Below, in pieces: positions 63,880 through 64,000 of a stretch of DNA of 64,000 nucleotides. The notes beneath the pieces are model-generated. The model saw only the letters and a program-made list of their open reading frames with translations, searched no databases and had not been told where the DNA came from. A program made the position numbers and the translations under genes. Each line of letters begins with the position of its first letter. Position 1 is the first letter of the stretch. This stretch comes from Chiloscyllium plagiosum (taxonomy: Eukaryota), in the NCBI RefSeq assembly GCF_004010195.1, contig NC_057749.1, positions 12,454,591 to 12,518,590 on the forward strand, written 5' to 3'.

Positions 63880-64000
63880 TCATAGAGTCATAGAGATGTA
63901 CAGCACGGAAACAGACCCTTTAGTCCAACCCGTCCATGCCGACCAGGTATCCTAACCCAATCTAGTCCCACCTGCCAGCACCTGGCCCGTATCTCTCCAA
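63880..64000 (-). mobile_element. CR1 3' end, running off the window
   Basis: tcatagagtcatagagatgtacagcacggaaacagaccc, the same family as 30305. Confidence 0.85.

Overview
Vertebrate genomic DNA, almost certainly from a shark or other elasmobranch (HE1 SINEs, a SacSINE1/DeuSINE-like element, abundant CR1 LINEs). The window lies inside the neogenin gene (neo1, + strand). It contains four in-phase coding exons for Ig domains 1-3 (5843-6160, 51657-51932, 56810-56960, 62372-62508), including a ~45.5 kb intron between the first two. The introns are dense with transposable elements: several multi-kb CR1 copies with nested insertions, a cluster of three Tx1-like L1-superfamily copies in an unusual back-to-back layout spanning a 519-N gap, a Mutator-like long-TIR element, a TA-flanked MITE, a candidate solo LTR, tRNA-derived SINEs and minisatellites. 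The most striking unexplained signal is a set of ~100-250 bp non-coding retro-insertions, often fold-back, with 12-17 bp TSDs. Most of them carry a minimal hammerhead-ribozyme core (CTGANGA-stem-GAAACGTC) of the Penelope-like type, and they occur as a young and an older family. All family assignments come from motif recognition by eye; no database searches were run.
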